From Chrysomallon squamiferum (lineage: Eukaryota > Animalia > Mollusca): a stretch of DNA of 64,000 nt. This document shows positions 42,678 to 55,874 of the stretch, piece after piece. Position 1 is the first letter of the stretch; each line of letters starts with the position of its first letter. Below the pieces are notes generated by a model, which made no database searches, had not been told where the DNA came from, and worked only from the letters and a program-made list of their open reading frames with translations. The DNA lies in NCBI GenBank assembly GCA_012295275.1, contig CM022678.1:9238001-9302000 (forward strand). The letters are read 5' to 3'. The translations under genes were made by a program, and so were the position numbers.

Positions 42678-43170
42678 CTGAAAATATATCAAGTAGAAAA
42701 TGATATTTTTATTATTATATTTATTTATTTGTTATATTTTAATACAGAAATGTTAATTTTGGGACTGAGATATTAATTAACTCATTTCTATGTAATTTTT
42801 CAGTTTAAAACATCCATTCTGTTTTCTTAGGTAATTAAAATCACAAAAATATGTACAAAATTCATCAATCATTTTTATCATTTAACTATTTCATAAATAA
42901 TAAGAAATCCTTTCTAACATATAACTGTTTATTAAATAATAAGAAATCATTTGTAACATATAACTATTTCATAAATAATAAGAAATCATTTGTAACATAT
43001 AACTCTTTCAAAAATAATAAGAAAACATTTGTAACATATAACCATTTCATGAATAATAAGGAATTATTTCTAACATATAACTCTTTATTAAATAAAACAT
43101 TATAATTTAAACTTGTTACCACATTTTTAATATTGAGTAATTATCTATTTATTAAGTATACCTTACTCAC

Positions 43171-43714
43171 CTAAACATTCATCTGACAAGTTGTGATATC
43201 CTGTCTTACACTCAAATGATAGGAGACTGGCAGGTTTTTGCAGTTGCTGTTTGCTTGACATGAAACTGTTGAAACACTACATTCATCTCTGTTGTTTTCA
43301 CATCACACACCACCCAGCCAGCTTTACACTGACAATGGTCTGAGAGGGAAAAATAAAATTTAATTTGAAAATAAATAAATTAAATTAAAATCAAATTTTT
43401 GTGTTAGTATTTATTATAAAACAAAATTTATAAAATTATATTAAAAGTATAATCTAAATCTCATGAAAATTTCTAATTTTACAGAATAAGTTGCTTCAGA
43501 TTTCAAAATATAATTATGTTTTTAAAATATTTAAAAATTTATTTTTACATTACTGTATTTTGTGATGAGAAATTCTGCTTACTAACACATGTTGTCTGGT
43601 CATTTTCAAGTTTCTTCCCAGCCAGACAGGAACAAGTGAATCCACTGATTCTGTTAGTACAAGTATCAGTGTACTTAGTAATACTGGCATCAGTTGATGT
43701 ATACTCATTTATAT
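43171..43714 (-). pseudogene. Calcium-binding EGF-domain pseudo-exons, copy B
   Basis: The exon at 43714-43583 (132 nt, phase 1-1) reads DINEYTSTDASITKYTDTCTNRISGFTCSCLAGKKLENDQTTCV, with two Cys replaced by Tyr. The exon at 43339-43171 ends ..ECKTGYHNLSDECL and has frameshifts and a stop. Confidence 0.85.
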
Positions 43715-43720
43715 CTACAC

Positions 43721-43786
<66 letters not shown>

Positions 43787-44649
43787 GTAAAATGCTTATT
43801 TCAATATTTGTGAAAACAAGGACTTTTTCATCTGAGACAAGACAGGCAGCCCTTGCACTTTTTGCTTTGGTAGGTACACTACAGTTCAAAGAAAACAAAC
43901 TACTAACCTTTCTCATACTTTCTTCAAGTAGTAACCATAGTGATATAAACTGCCTTCAGCTTTATGAGAAATCTGTTCGCATGTCAAACCCTGACTTCTA
44001 CATTCTCAGTCTGAAACAAAAGTAATTTATTATTTTTAAAATGTTTTTGACTTGTTTCTTTTTTCTTCTTTTTTTTTAATCAGTTTTTTGTTTACCTCAA
44101 TTTAATATTAATATAAACAACATTTAAAACAGCATGAGTTCAAAAATTATAATGACTTTATTTTATCATTTAAAAAATTAAATAAACAAACAATAATTAT
44201 AGAATTAATTAATGATAGATATAAATCACTGTCTTTTCACTGTTAACTCATTGTTCACTAAACATACCTAATTAATAGTAACAAAATTAAAATAATATTA
44301 ATATTAAAACATTCTCAGGTGGCATTAAGTAATTTATAAAATCTTGTAGTAAACTGAATTATTTGTCCATTATACCCAGCATCTGTTTACAAACATGTTG
44401 AGCACATCTCAGTGTCTGAGTCTGTACAAATTTCTCTTAACTGGCAGGACTGGAGAAGTCATGTTTTTCAATGAACGCTTCACTACACACATGGTCAAGT
44501 GGTATACCTTGGTCTTTTTTCTGGTCAGCAGAAGATTTGTTTATCCTGTAGAGAGAAAAATTACATTTATCATTGACAAGCCTAATAAATAAATTGCAGT
44601 TAAAAAAAAAAAAAAAAAAAAAAAAACGTTATAAAATTTATCACATATA

Positions 44650-45960
44650 ATTTCGAAACAAAAAGAAATTAAAAAAATATTTAAAAGTTACCGAAAATAT
44701 TAAAATTATAAATTATTAAGTCAGAATGTTTGAGAATTAATTGCGACCAAAGTTCCGTTTCGGCGATTGGGATGGTAAAATGGTTATGGGGAAGTCGCCT
44801 TTTTCTCTATAAGATATAACACAAGAGTCAGTATTAATCTCAAATATTTATTTCATACAAAAGGTTTGCTAGTAGTTCGATAAAGTGGACTTATCGGCTT
44901 ACCTGAATTTGCCAACATCGGTTTATAACACTAACTTTCTCGACCGGATAGGTATGGCGCTAACTTTAGTCTTGATAAACAAAACCACGAGTCTCGCTGA
45001 CCCAGTATCGGAAAAGTGATCGGGACCGTTCGGATCATCTCGGTCGAATAGACGGAGACATTCGAGTCCTCTGTATATATCCAACAGAATCCGTTCTTCT
45101 CAGAAAAAGGCCTGGTAGCAAAAAATATTAATAATAATTAAAAAATAATAATAATTAAATAAAATACAATCATATATCTGTTTCATTTAAACTTTAATTT
45201 TTAACTATGAGGAAGTGTTTTTATTTTGTGGTGGTGGTTTCGGGGGTGGGGGGGTTCCTTGTTTTTTAAGAATAGTTATGACTGCTTTTTATCCCGTTTT
45301 TATTTTATTTTTTTGTGTTGCATTTTTGTTTTTTAAGTTAACTTTATTTTATTTTATTTTATTAATTTACTTTATTTTTTATTTATTTATTTAAAACAAT
45401 TCTTTTTTGTTTCTTAAAAATTATTATCGCAATTATTTATTTATTAATATTAATAATATTTATAATTATTATGGATATTTTTCTTAATTTCATTTTTAGC
45501 TCAGAAATGAATACAGAATAAATTTCTACAAATTTTATAATAATTTTTGTGAGAATAAACAAATTAATGACTTCTTAAATACTAAATAAAATTAGGTTAA
45601 GGCCAGGCTAGTCTCGATAAACCACGATGTTTCGAACATAAACGGATTCGAATGTATGCTACGCTTTTCAAACCAGTATGAACTGATGTTTGACAGCCAG
45701 TTTATTTTTGTTTTTAATTCGGTAACATTTTACTTGTTGATTATTCAATTTAATAGAATTTTGGAAATATTTCACGAAAATCCAAATGGATTGGGATGTT
45801 GTATGTTTGTGTGATTCCAAGCGTGAATCGAATGCGGATTATGCGCAGATTTTCAGCCATGGAACGAGGTGAACATGATCATGATGTAATGTGCATCACT
45901 GTATGTGTGAAAGAAGCAGAAAGAGAGGTGTTCACCGTATAAACTATAATCGTATTGTCA
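44650..45960. promoter_or_regulatory. CpG-retaining, promoter-like island (copy B)
   Basis: Duplicate of 23075-24390, with a minus exon-like unit at 45111-44903, ATG at 45859 and GT at 45869. Confidence 0.5.
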
Positions 45961-48585
45961 TCACTGGTTGATGAGATTGTAAAGTTGACTGTGCTTTGAC
46001 AAACATATGAATCAGTTGTGTCCTTTAACTGGAAGAATGAGTTGTTATTGTTATGTGTGGTTCTGACTGCAGAAACAGGGCTTACCATTGTAGATGCAGA
46101 TCATAGTGTACATTCACACAGTCTGATCAGAGTGTGCAGTGTTTAAGTAGCTTACAAAGACCTCAAGCTGCATGATGAGGTACAGGAGTGTACTGAAGAA
46201 ACTGGATCAAGGCTTGTCACAAAGACCATAAACCCCATTTCTGTAGTAAAAGTCACAAATAAGATTAAGACTGAGACACAAATATTGTTATATTCAGAAT
46301 GTTGATATGTTTTAAATATTCTTACTTGGCTTAGTTCATAACTTGATAATTGATTTATTTTGCATTGTAGTTATGATTATTCATGATGCATCCATTATAT
46401 GCAAATAATCTGAACTAGATTTTCAACGGGTTGTGTAAGAAATTTCCACAATGAAAATTTATTATAGATATTAAATAATATATGTATTTATTCAGTTACA
46501 CAGGATTATAATTTTCTGATCTGTTTCTGTAATATGAAAATAAAGTAATGTTTGATCTCTAAAATTTCAAATAATAGAGAGATAACTGTCTTATATTCAG
46601 GAAATTTTATATATTTTTTATTGTTAAAAGTTTTATTTAAATATTTAATGTAGAGAAATATATAATTAGCTAAAAGTTTTTAACTATAACCATTTATTGT
46701 ATTTTTATGCATGTATTTTGTTATATGCTTAAACAACTCAGTTTTTTCTATGTTCATTGTTTCAGAAACTGTGACTACTTGTTACTGAAAGTTGAAATCC
46801 TTCTTCAGCATTTTGATCTGCTGTTGGTGATGTGATGTCACCTGCATTTTCACTGGATTCAGAGGTTAGTTGTTTTTGTTTTTTATTTAGTTTATAAGAA
46901 TGACAATCCTTAAGTATTACAGATATATGGTTTATTTTAATTATAAATTTTAGTTATAAAATTTAGCTTCAAAGAATGATCAGATACAATTTTCTTTTTC
47001 TGCTTTGTTTTTTTCATAGATGCCAATTTTGTTTTATCAAGAACCTGTGAGGATTATCTGAAAAACAGCTGAAACCACTTTCCTCTGGGATGTAGCTAAA
47101 GTTTTATTTCTCTGTAACATTTGTAAGGAATTTAATGTATTTATGCAATATTTAAGTAGCCTAAAATTGTCAAGGATTGGGAAAAATAATGAAGAATGAA
47201 AAGATAAAATCTTGAAAAAATCTTTATTATTAGACAGGGTCCTTCGATAAATGGATTATTTATTTTTTTATTTATGATTCAGTTTATTGTTTTTCTTGTT
47301 ACTGACATCATTATTACCATTAGTATAATTTATTCATCATTATTGTTATTTTTATTTTGTTATTGTTATTATTATAAACATTTGTTTTATGGCTTCTGTG
47401 ATGATGGCTAAATGTGATTATTTTTTAAATTTCAGTATATCACATATTTTTGTTATTTCACACAGTTTTCTGGTGTGAGACACTACAAGTCTACCTGACT
47501 GTGAAGATTTCTGGTGAAACATTGGCTGACTACAATCTGAACAAACTGGAGGAAGGATCCCAGCTCTGTTATAAAATCTTCATTTACATCAGGTACTGCC
47601 CTTTTTGTTACACCTTGTTGTATTTGATTTAGATTGTTGAGAAAAATGGTTTTAATGTTATTCTGTTTACAGAGATAACAGTCAGTAACAGTAAAATGAT
47701 AGCAGCAGTTCATCTGGTGACACAACATTTATGAATGTTGTATTCTGTAAAAACAGATTTTTTAAATAGTTTTAAAATAAAATATTACAAATGATTATTC
47801 ATTTTTATTAGTTTTTGTTTTTCTTATTATCTCATTTAAAAGGGTATACATGTCCAAGCAAAGAATTAGTTTTTAATTGTGTTCTTGGTTTTCAAAAGAA
47901 TAGTGAATTTTCTAAATTATAGTATATTTGGTTTTAGAGTCAACTGGTTTTAGAGTCAACTGTTAATTGAGATATTTCGCATTCCACTGTGCATGTGCCC
48001 ATTGCCGGGTAATTCAAGGATGCAAATTGCGAGATCTTGGCAAAATAGCCCTACTTGGAAATTGGTGGGCAAAACTAACCATGCTGTAATGTGAGGCCAC
48101 GACCATTGTTCAGTTATTAACTGTTCCAATTGCAGACATCTGGGAAATTTGTTATCCAGCCAATGCAGATCAGAAACATTTGTGGGTAATCACTTCACAT
48201 AGAAATGGAAAAGATTTTAATGTTACTTTTCCTTCATAAACAAAATATTTAATTAATCATGCTACTGTATGTTTTTTTTGCTGAACATAATGTGTGACCA
48301 TGTTGTCAGAGTTCAGTCAGAGATGTGTCTGCAACAAAGGTGTAAATACTCTGACTGTAAATGGTATCACTGCAAAGACTTGCTGAACAAACAAGTTATT
48401 GTCAATGTTTGTAGTGCATCTGTGGGGGAGGGGCACCTGCTACCCTTGATCTGGACCTGAATTGTTTTGAGAGGTGGTTTTTCAGTTATACTGTGTGTGT
48501 GTGTACGGAAACATACAGGCTGCCATTTTTGTAGGTGGGAGGATAGCAGGCTGGTTAACAGCATTTATGTGTATTAATATTATGT

Positions 48586-48635
<50 letters not shown>

Positions 48636-49100
48636 ATATACATACATACATGTATATAGAGAACAGACAATACTGAGTCCTTTTTTAGCCATCGATTCCA
48701 GGTAAACAAAAGTCCATGACAGACAGCATGGTCTTTTATGGTTGTGGACTTAAGGCTTTGCACACATCCATACGAGAAGTATTTATAACTTTTCAAACTT
48801 TTAAACATACATATGAAATCCCTGTCAAATGTTTGGTTTGTAATTTTTAATCTGGTTTTATCAAAACACTTGGGTATGAGTCACAGAGACTTTGTTCAAG
48901 TTGCTGCACTGCTTTTCAGTTTGAACCATTCCACTGTGAATTTCAGCAGACCTATTCTACAAGCCATTCTACCATCTAATTCAAAACATGTACATGTCAG
49001 TTGTCAAAGTTTAGTTTGAAGCTATTCATGTCACCCATAAGAATCTGTCACACCCCTAATTTGTAAATAGACTAGTTTCAGTGTTTTGTCAAAGCACGTT
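45956..49100 (+). repeat. Segmental duplication block 2, copy B
   Basis: Direct copy of 30556-33500, fused to the end of block 1. Confidence 0.94.
47835..49100 (+). mobile_element. ISL2EU-like transposon remnant, copy B
   Basis: Homologous to 32465-33500. The minus-strand FKSLKSYKYFSYGCVQ (from 48808) resembles the KSLxAYxYFxxGxV motif I recall from the second (SWIM/YqaJ) ORF of such elements. The THAP part is interrupted by about 300 bp of other sequence. Confidence 0.6.
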
Positions 49101-49390
49101 TCTATTTGTAAATAGATTAGTTTCAGTCTGTTTTGTCAAAGCATGTTTCTATTTGTAAATAGACTAGTTTCAGTTTGTTTTGTCAAAGCACGTTTCTATT
49201 TGTAAATAGACTAGTTTCAGTCTGTTTTGTCAAAGCACGTTTCTATTTGTAAATAGACTAGTTTCAGTTTGTTTTGTTAAAGCACGTTTCTATTTGTAAA
49301 TAGACTAGTTTCAGTCTGTTTTGTCAAAGCAGGTTTCTATTTGTAAATAGACTAGTTTCAGTCTGTTTTGTCAAAGCAGGTTTCTATTTG
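49062..49390. repeat. 47-bp minisatellite, 7 copies
   Basis: TGTAAATAGACTAGTTTCAGTCTGTTTTGTCAAAGCACGTTTCTATT starts at 49062, 49107, 49154, 49201, 49248, 49295 and 49342. Confidence 0.97.
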
Positions 49391-49477
49391 CCCACATGAG
49401 ACATAGGATTGTGAAATAGCTCTGTTCTGGGGAATTTTGAAAATTTTGTTATGTCAATTAAAAAAGAGGAAAAAAGA

Positions 49478-52220
49478 GGAAAAGGGGTAATTAGTCGTAT
49501 TTTTTACAAGAAAAATGGAGAAAAAGCAGACCTTAAACATTTCAGACCTATCAGTCTTTTAAACATAGATTATAAATTATTTCTAAAGTTCTTGCTAATC
49601 GTGATAAACAGGTTATGTCAACTATTATTTCATCAGAACAAAGCTGTTGTGTAAAAGGAAGAGATGTTGCTGATAATATTATGTAGTGAGGGATGTTACA
49701 GATATTGCTGAGTTAAATAAAACTGAAGGGTTTGTTGTTGAAATGGATCAAGAAAAAGCTTTTGATAGAGTGTCACATAGTTTTGTTTGAAAAGTTCTGA
49801 AAACCTTCAATTTCATTGATAAATTTATAATGTGGATTAAAATACTCTATAATGATATAAAAAGTTGTGTCAAGATTAATGGACATTTAACACATTTCTT
49901 TAATATTACAAGAGGTGTTAGACAAGGATGTCCAATACCAATGATGCTTTATCTTATTGTAGCTGAACCCTTAAATAATTTAATTATAAATAGACACAGC
50001 ATGAATGGAATTAGAATAACAAATGAATTTAGTTGTTTACTGTAACATTTGTGAGCATGCAGAACCTGTTTTTAATACAGTAAATATGTAACAGTCTGTG
50101 ATGCTCAGTCAGTAGAATCTGTTTTTGATACAGAAAATGTGTAAAAGTCAATATAGGTAAGTCAGAAATACTTTGTCTTGGTAAGACTATAAAAAATACT
50201 TATCATTTAACATTCTGATATCAGTGAATAAAGACTGTGTTAAAATTCTAGGTATATATTTAGAACCAAACAAGTCATTATGTGAAAGGTTAAAATGGAA
50301 AAATAAATTTGATTAAAATTTGTAATTTAATTAATTTATGGAGTGAAATGAAACTTACTTTAGAGGAAAAAGCAGAAGTATGGAATTCTTTATTAACATC
50401 TAGACTGTGATATATGATTAGCACAATAAATGTAACAAACTGGGAAGAAAATGAAATTCACAAGTTATTTTGTAAATTTTTGTGTAATGGAAAAACACCT
50501 TTAATAAAGTATTCAACAGTAACTGAAAATAAAAAGTCAGGAGAGCTAAATGTTCAAGATGTTTCATTAAAGAAAATGGCTTTTTGTATTAAAATCTTAA
50601 AGAAATATTTTGATAATAATTTTGAACTTGTTTGGAAATATACAATCTGGATATTTCTTGGAAAATATATGAATATGAATTTAATCTGACATTTTTTAGA
50701 TAGTTTACAGTAAAGACGCTTTAAAAGTTCTCAACCTTTTGATGCTGAAATGTTATCATCTTGAGACTGTGTTAATAACACAGAACATATTTTCCCTTTT
50801 GATACAGATGAAATATTGTCTCAACCACTTTTACAGAATCCATTCATTAAATATAAAAATAAATTATTACTGTTTAGTTCTTGTATTCAAAGTGGCTGAT
50901 ATTGCATATGAAGTAACATCAGGTTTCCTTCCTTTTACATCTGTTGTTGAAATTTTTCATGAAAAATATCCGGAATTACCCAAAACACAAATGTATATTG
51001 TTTACAGTGTTATTCTGAAATCACTTCCAGATGAATGGAAAAGTTGTATTGACAGAAATGCTAAAAGATTAACACCTAATAAAGATCTATTTCTCTTTCA
51101 TAATAATGAAGTGATAAATGTCAATACATTTACAGTTAAAAATAATTTATTCTATTTTACTTTCAAAAAATGTTAAAGCACCTACATGTGAAGAAAAATG
51201 GACTGAGCTTGGTTTTAATAAATTCTGGAGACCAGTTTGGAAATGGATACACTACAGTGTTAAATTTACTGAATTTACTGACTTAGATTTGAGAACAGCT
51301 CATCATGTAATATATACATATAGTAAATTATATAGACATGGAAAAATCTCATCTAGTGTTTGTCCAGTGTATCTGAAGGATAATGAAGATGTGTGCCATT
51401 TATTTTTGTATTGTGAAGAATTGTTGGAACTAATATCTATCTTTCATGAAATATTTATTCAAATATTTAAGAAAACAGGGTTTTCATTAGATCAATTAAA
51501 ATACTATTAATATTTGGATGTTTTCTAACAATTAAAAAATTGTTCAATAGAATTTATAAGTATTATTCTATCAGTTTATAGAATATCAGTGTTCAAGAGG
51601 TGTGGGATAGATGAATTGAAAGGAACAAACATTAATATAATACATTTTTTCAGACATTATTTTTATCAAGGCTTTGAAATAAGCATTGTTTTATTCCTTT
51701 TTAGCTTATATTTGTACTAGAGGTAATCAAAACCATTTCTTGTTTTGTTTTGAAAATAGTATATACAAATAGTAAATTATGTAGACATGGAAAAATCTCA
51801 TCTAGTTTATGTCCAGTGTATCTGAAGGATAATGAAGATTTATTTATTTTTGTATTGTGAAGGAACCTGTTTATATCTTTCATGAAATATTTAAGAAAAC
51901 AAGATTTTCATTAGATCAATTAAAGAGACTGTTAATATTTGGATATTATCTAACAATTAAAAATTGTTCAATAGAATCTATAAATATTATTGTATCAATT
52001 TACAGAATATCAGTGTCAAAGAGGTATCTGATAGATGAACTGAAAGAAACAAACATTAATATAATACATTTTTTCAGACATTATTTTTATCAGGGCTTTG
52101 AAAGTATTCTTACTCAGTACTGTATTCAAAACAAAGTTTCAATTATTATTAACAAATATATTAAGAATAATGTTAATCTAGAACTAAAAGATGACATGCT
52201 TATTTTCAAATATCGTTAGC
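49478..52220 (+). mobile_element. Decayed Tx1/L1-clade LINE: RT domain to C-terminal zinc knuckle
   Basis: KHFRPISLLNIDYK, MDQEKAFDRVSH, WIKILYND..VKING, RGVRQGCP, KILGIY, KKSGELNVQD and CPVYLKDNEDVCHLFLYC. There are many stops and frameshifts, and no intact YADD is seen. Confidence 0.93.
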
Positions 52221-52917
52221 GGACTTAAAGTAATCAATATTGCTCTGTCATAAAAATGGTAAAAACATTTTTTATTCTAAAATACAATTAAAATCCAGTG
52301 TGAAAGTTTCAGAGCAGACAAGCGTGTGTGTGCATGTCTATTTTTAATGTTGTTATGTATTGTTTTAATGTTATTATTATTTACATCTGTTGATTATATC
52401 GGTAAAGAGATAAAAAAGAGTATGTGGAAAAGGTTTGTTGGGTTTCAGGATCAATCATGCTTGGAAGACTAAAAATGTCATTTCCCAATCTAGCTCCTGA
52501 TTAGTGCCTGATATATTTAAGATCATAGTATATGTTAGTTTTTTTCTGTGGAAAGATGTATATGAAAAAAAGATTTTTAGTTTCTTGTCTAAAAAGGATG
52601 TCACTTCATGTTTCAGAAACACATTTTCTTTCTCATTAGTTATATTATTATTTACCTTTTAAGATACAAAGAACTAGTAAAAAACATGTGGTGTTTGTTC
52701 TTAAATAAAATATTTATTCTTTATTTCAGATTTGTTCTATTTCAGCAGAATTCATGTTTATCAATAATCAGGTTATAATGAAATATGTTTAAAAGATACT
52801 GATTTTTCAACAAACATTCATTTGTATCAGTAAATGGCATTGATATAGATATAACAGTAAACAATGTTACTAATAAAAACAATAAAAAATAAATTATCTT
52901 TGTTTTTCCTATTTCAG

Positions 52918-54584
52918 ACACATACCACAAAACAGACAAGTGTTGTTATCTAAACATCAGAATGGGACACATACAGACAGCAGAACAGACAGAGATGTTT
53001 CTCAACAAACTGGTATGAAACACAGACATTAACTTACCTGTTTAAATATCAACTTACATTCTTCTCACTTGTGTATTGGTAATATATTCTCAATACAAAG
53101 AATAAGAAAAGCAGATTAGAGCAAGTAGAGTCATAATAATAAGTAAAGTAATTGTAGTATACAAATAGCTTGATAACTTAGCAAGTAGAGTCATAATAAT
53201 AAGTAAAGTAATTGTAGTATACAAATAGCTTGATAACTTAGCAAGGAGAGTCATAATAATAAGTAAAGTAATTGTAGTATACAAATAGTTTGATAACTTA
53301 GCAAGTAGAGTCTATAATAATAAGTAAAGTAATTGTAGTATACAAATAGCTTGATAACTTAGCAAGTAGAGTCATAATAATAAGTAAAGTAATTGTAGTA
53401 TACAAATAGCTTGATAACTTAGCAAGGAGAGTCATAATAATAAGTAAAGTAATTGTAGTATACAAATAGCTTGATAACTTAGCAAGTAGAGTCATAATAA
53501 TAAGTAAAGTAATTGTAGTATACAAATAGCTTGATAACTTAGCAAGGAGAGTCCATAATAATAAGTAAAGTAATTGTAGTATACAAATAGCTTGATAACT
53601 TAGCAAGGAGAGTCATAATAATAAGTAAAGTAATTGTAGTATACAAATAGCTTGATAACTTAGCAAGGAGAGTCTATAATAATAAGTAAAGTAATTGTAG
53701 TATACAAATAGCTTGATAACTTAGCAAGTAGACTCCATAATAATAAGTAAAGTAATTGTAGTATACAAATAGCTTGATAACTTAGCAAGGAGAGTCCATA
53801 ATAATAAGTAAAATAATTGTAGTATACAAATAGCTTGATAACTTAGCAAGGAGAGTCTGTAATAAGTAAAGTAATTGTAGTATACAAACAGCTTAACTTA
53901 GCAAGGAGAGTCTATAATAATAAGTAAAGTAATTGTAGTATACAAACAGCTTAACTTAGCAAGGAGAGTCATAATAATAAGTAAAGTAATTGTAGTATAC
54001 AAACAGCTTAACTTAGCAAGTAGAGTCATAATAATAAGTAAAGTAATTGTAGTATACAAATAGCTTAACTTAGCAAGGAGAGTCTATAATAATAAGTAAA
54101 GTAATTGTAGTATACAAATAGCTTAACTTAGCAAGGAGAGTCTATAATAATAAGTAAAGTAATTGTAGTATACAAATAGCTTGATAACTTAGCAAGTACA
54201 GTCTATAATAATAAGTAAAGTAATTTTAGAATACAAATAGCTTGATAACTTAGTATTCTTCCATATTTCCAGTAGCATTGTTTTATTTATTTTTTAGCTT
54301 ATATTTATACTAGGAGTAATCAAAACTATTTCTTGTTTTGTTTTGAACTTCTCAGAAAACAGTCTACTTTATTTTATTTTTTTGGATTTGAAAGGTTAAA
54401 AACAGATTTTGCTCTCCCTCAGTTTTTAGTATAATTTGATAATTCTAAAAAAAGACTCTATATAATGCATTTAGTCATTTATAATTTAGTAATTTCAAAA
54501 AAAATTTATAAATATCCTGTTAGAATAAAACATTAGTTGTTGATATATGTATCTGTCAAAAATAGGGATATTTTATATAGAAAT

Positions 54585-54630
<46 letters not shown>

Positions 54631-55839
54631 TGCAGAGGTTCTTGTTGTTATACCAATAGTTATAGTCACTGCCATTGTTGTAGTAATAGGTGAACTGATA
54701 CTGTGATATTTTAGCTGATGATGCTGTCACTCCAGCTTTGTAATAATAATGTATCTTTGTAACACCTAAGTCTGATCACCCTTTTGAGGTATTTTCACTG
54801 ACAGGTCATTGTAGAATTATTCTTTCATTATATTTGATTGTCTTTAAGAAAACAAACAATAATAAGAAACAGATAGATTTTTATAAGTGAATTAATTCTT
54901 TTTTCTGATTTATCCTACTCTTGTTAATGTACAGTATTTTACTGTTGTTTGTTATTGTGTGTTTTTGTTTTGTTCCAGTGACAACATACATTTCTAAGTC
55001 TGATCACTGTGCTGAGGTATTTTCCCTGACAGGTCATTGTTATTAATTGTTGTAGAATTATAGAAATACCTCAGAGTGGAATAAATCTACAGGATAGGTG
55101 TGAGTGTCTATAATTTTATCAGTAATGACTTTAATTTTATACCGTTTGTTATTATTGCAAAGCAAAATCAGCTTTAGCTACTTTTGAATCCTTTATGTAA
55201 ATACCAAATATGTATTTTTTTTTTTTATTTATTATTTTTTTTTTTTTTTTTATAAGTATATTTATTTATGTTTTTTTTTTTTAATCAGTTATTTTGTTTG
55301 TTTATTTGTTTGTTTGTTTGTTTATTTTTATTTGTTTATTTGTTTATTTGTTTGTTTGTTTTGTTTGTTTGTTTGTTTGTTTGTGTATCTAGGAACTGGC
55401 TAAGTCTGATGCTAAACACTTTGTAATTCTGTTCCGAGATGGAGGATGTCAGTACAGGGCTCTATATTCTTTCACACCCGAAACAGACGAAGTTATCAAA
55501 ATTTGTGGTGTGGGACCTAAAGAAATTACCAATAAAATGATTCATAGGTTTTATAAGTGAGTATACATATTTAATATTTTAAACTGTCATAGTAGGTATT
55601 GGTACATAAATAAATACTTTTTTATAAGTAAGCACATATTTAATATATTTTTATGTCTAACATCATGTACATTGTTATATAAATAAGTAGTTTTGATAAG
55701 AAAGTTTATTTTTATATTATTTTAAATCTGTCTTCATTTTTATAAATTTGTACATTTCTCAACATGCAGCTCATTAATATAATCTAAAATATGTGTTTGC
55801 AAATAATGTATTTACTAATTAGTTATGTTATTATTATTA

Positions 55840-55874
<35 letters not shown>

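Larger units (their letters stand above)
42698..45960 (+). repeat. Segmental duplication block 1, copy B
   Basis: Direct copy of 20860-24390. The ORF pairs 22242/43792, 22826/44395 and 21630/43516 are near-identical. Confidence 0.96.

Noticed and set aside
42698-49100. False duplication from an uncollapsed haplotype
   Set aside because: The copies differ by a 6.2-kb deletion, private indels, an insert and array expansions, with no gap between them. Read depth would be needed to exclude it fully.
49451-52219. Active reverse transcriptase or novel RT system
   Set aside because: Ordinary Tx1/L1-type ORF2 broken into many fragments, with no intact catalytic YADD.
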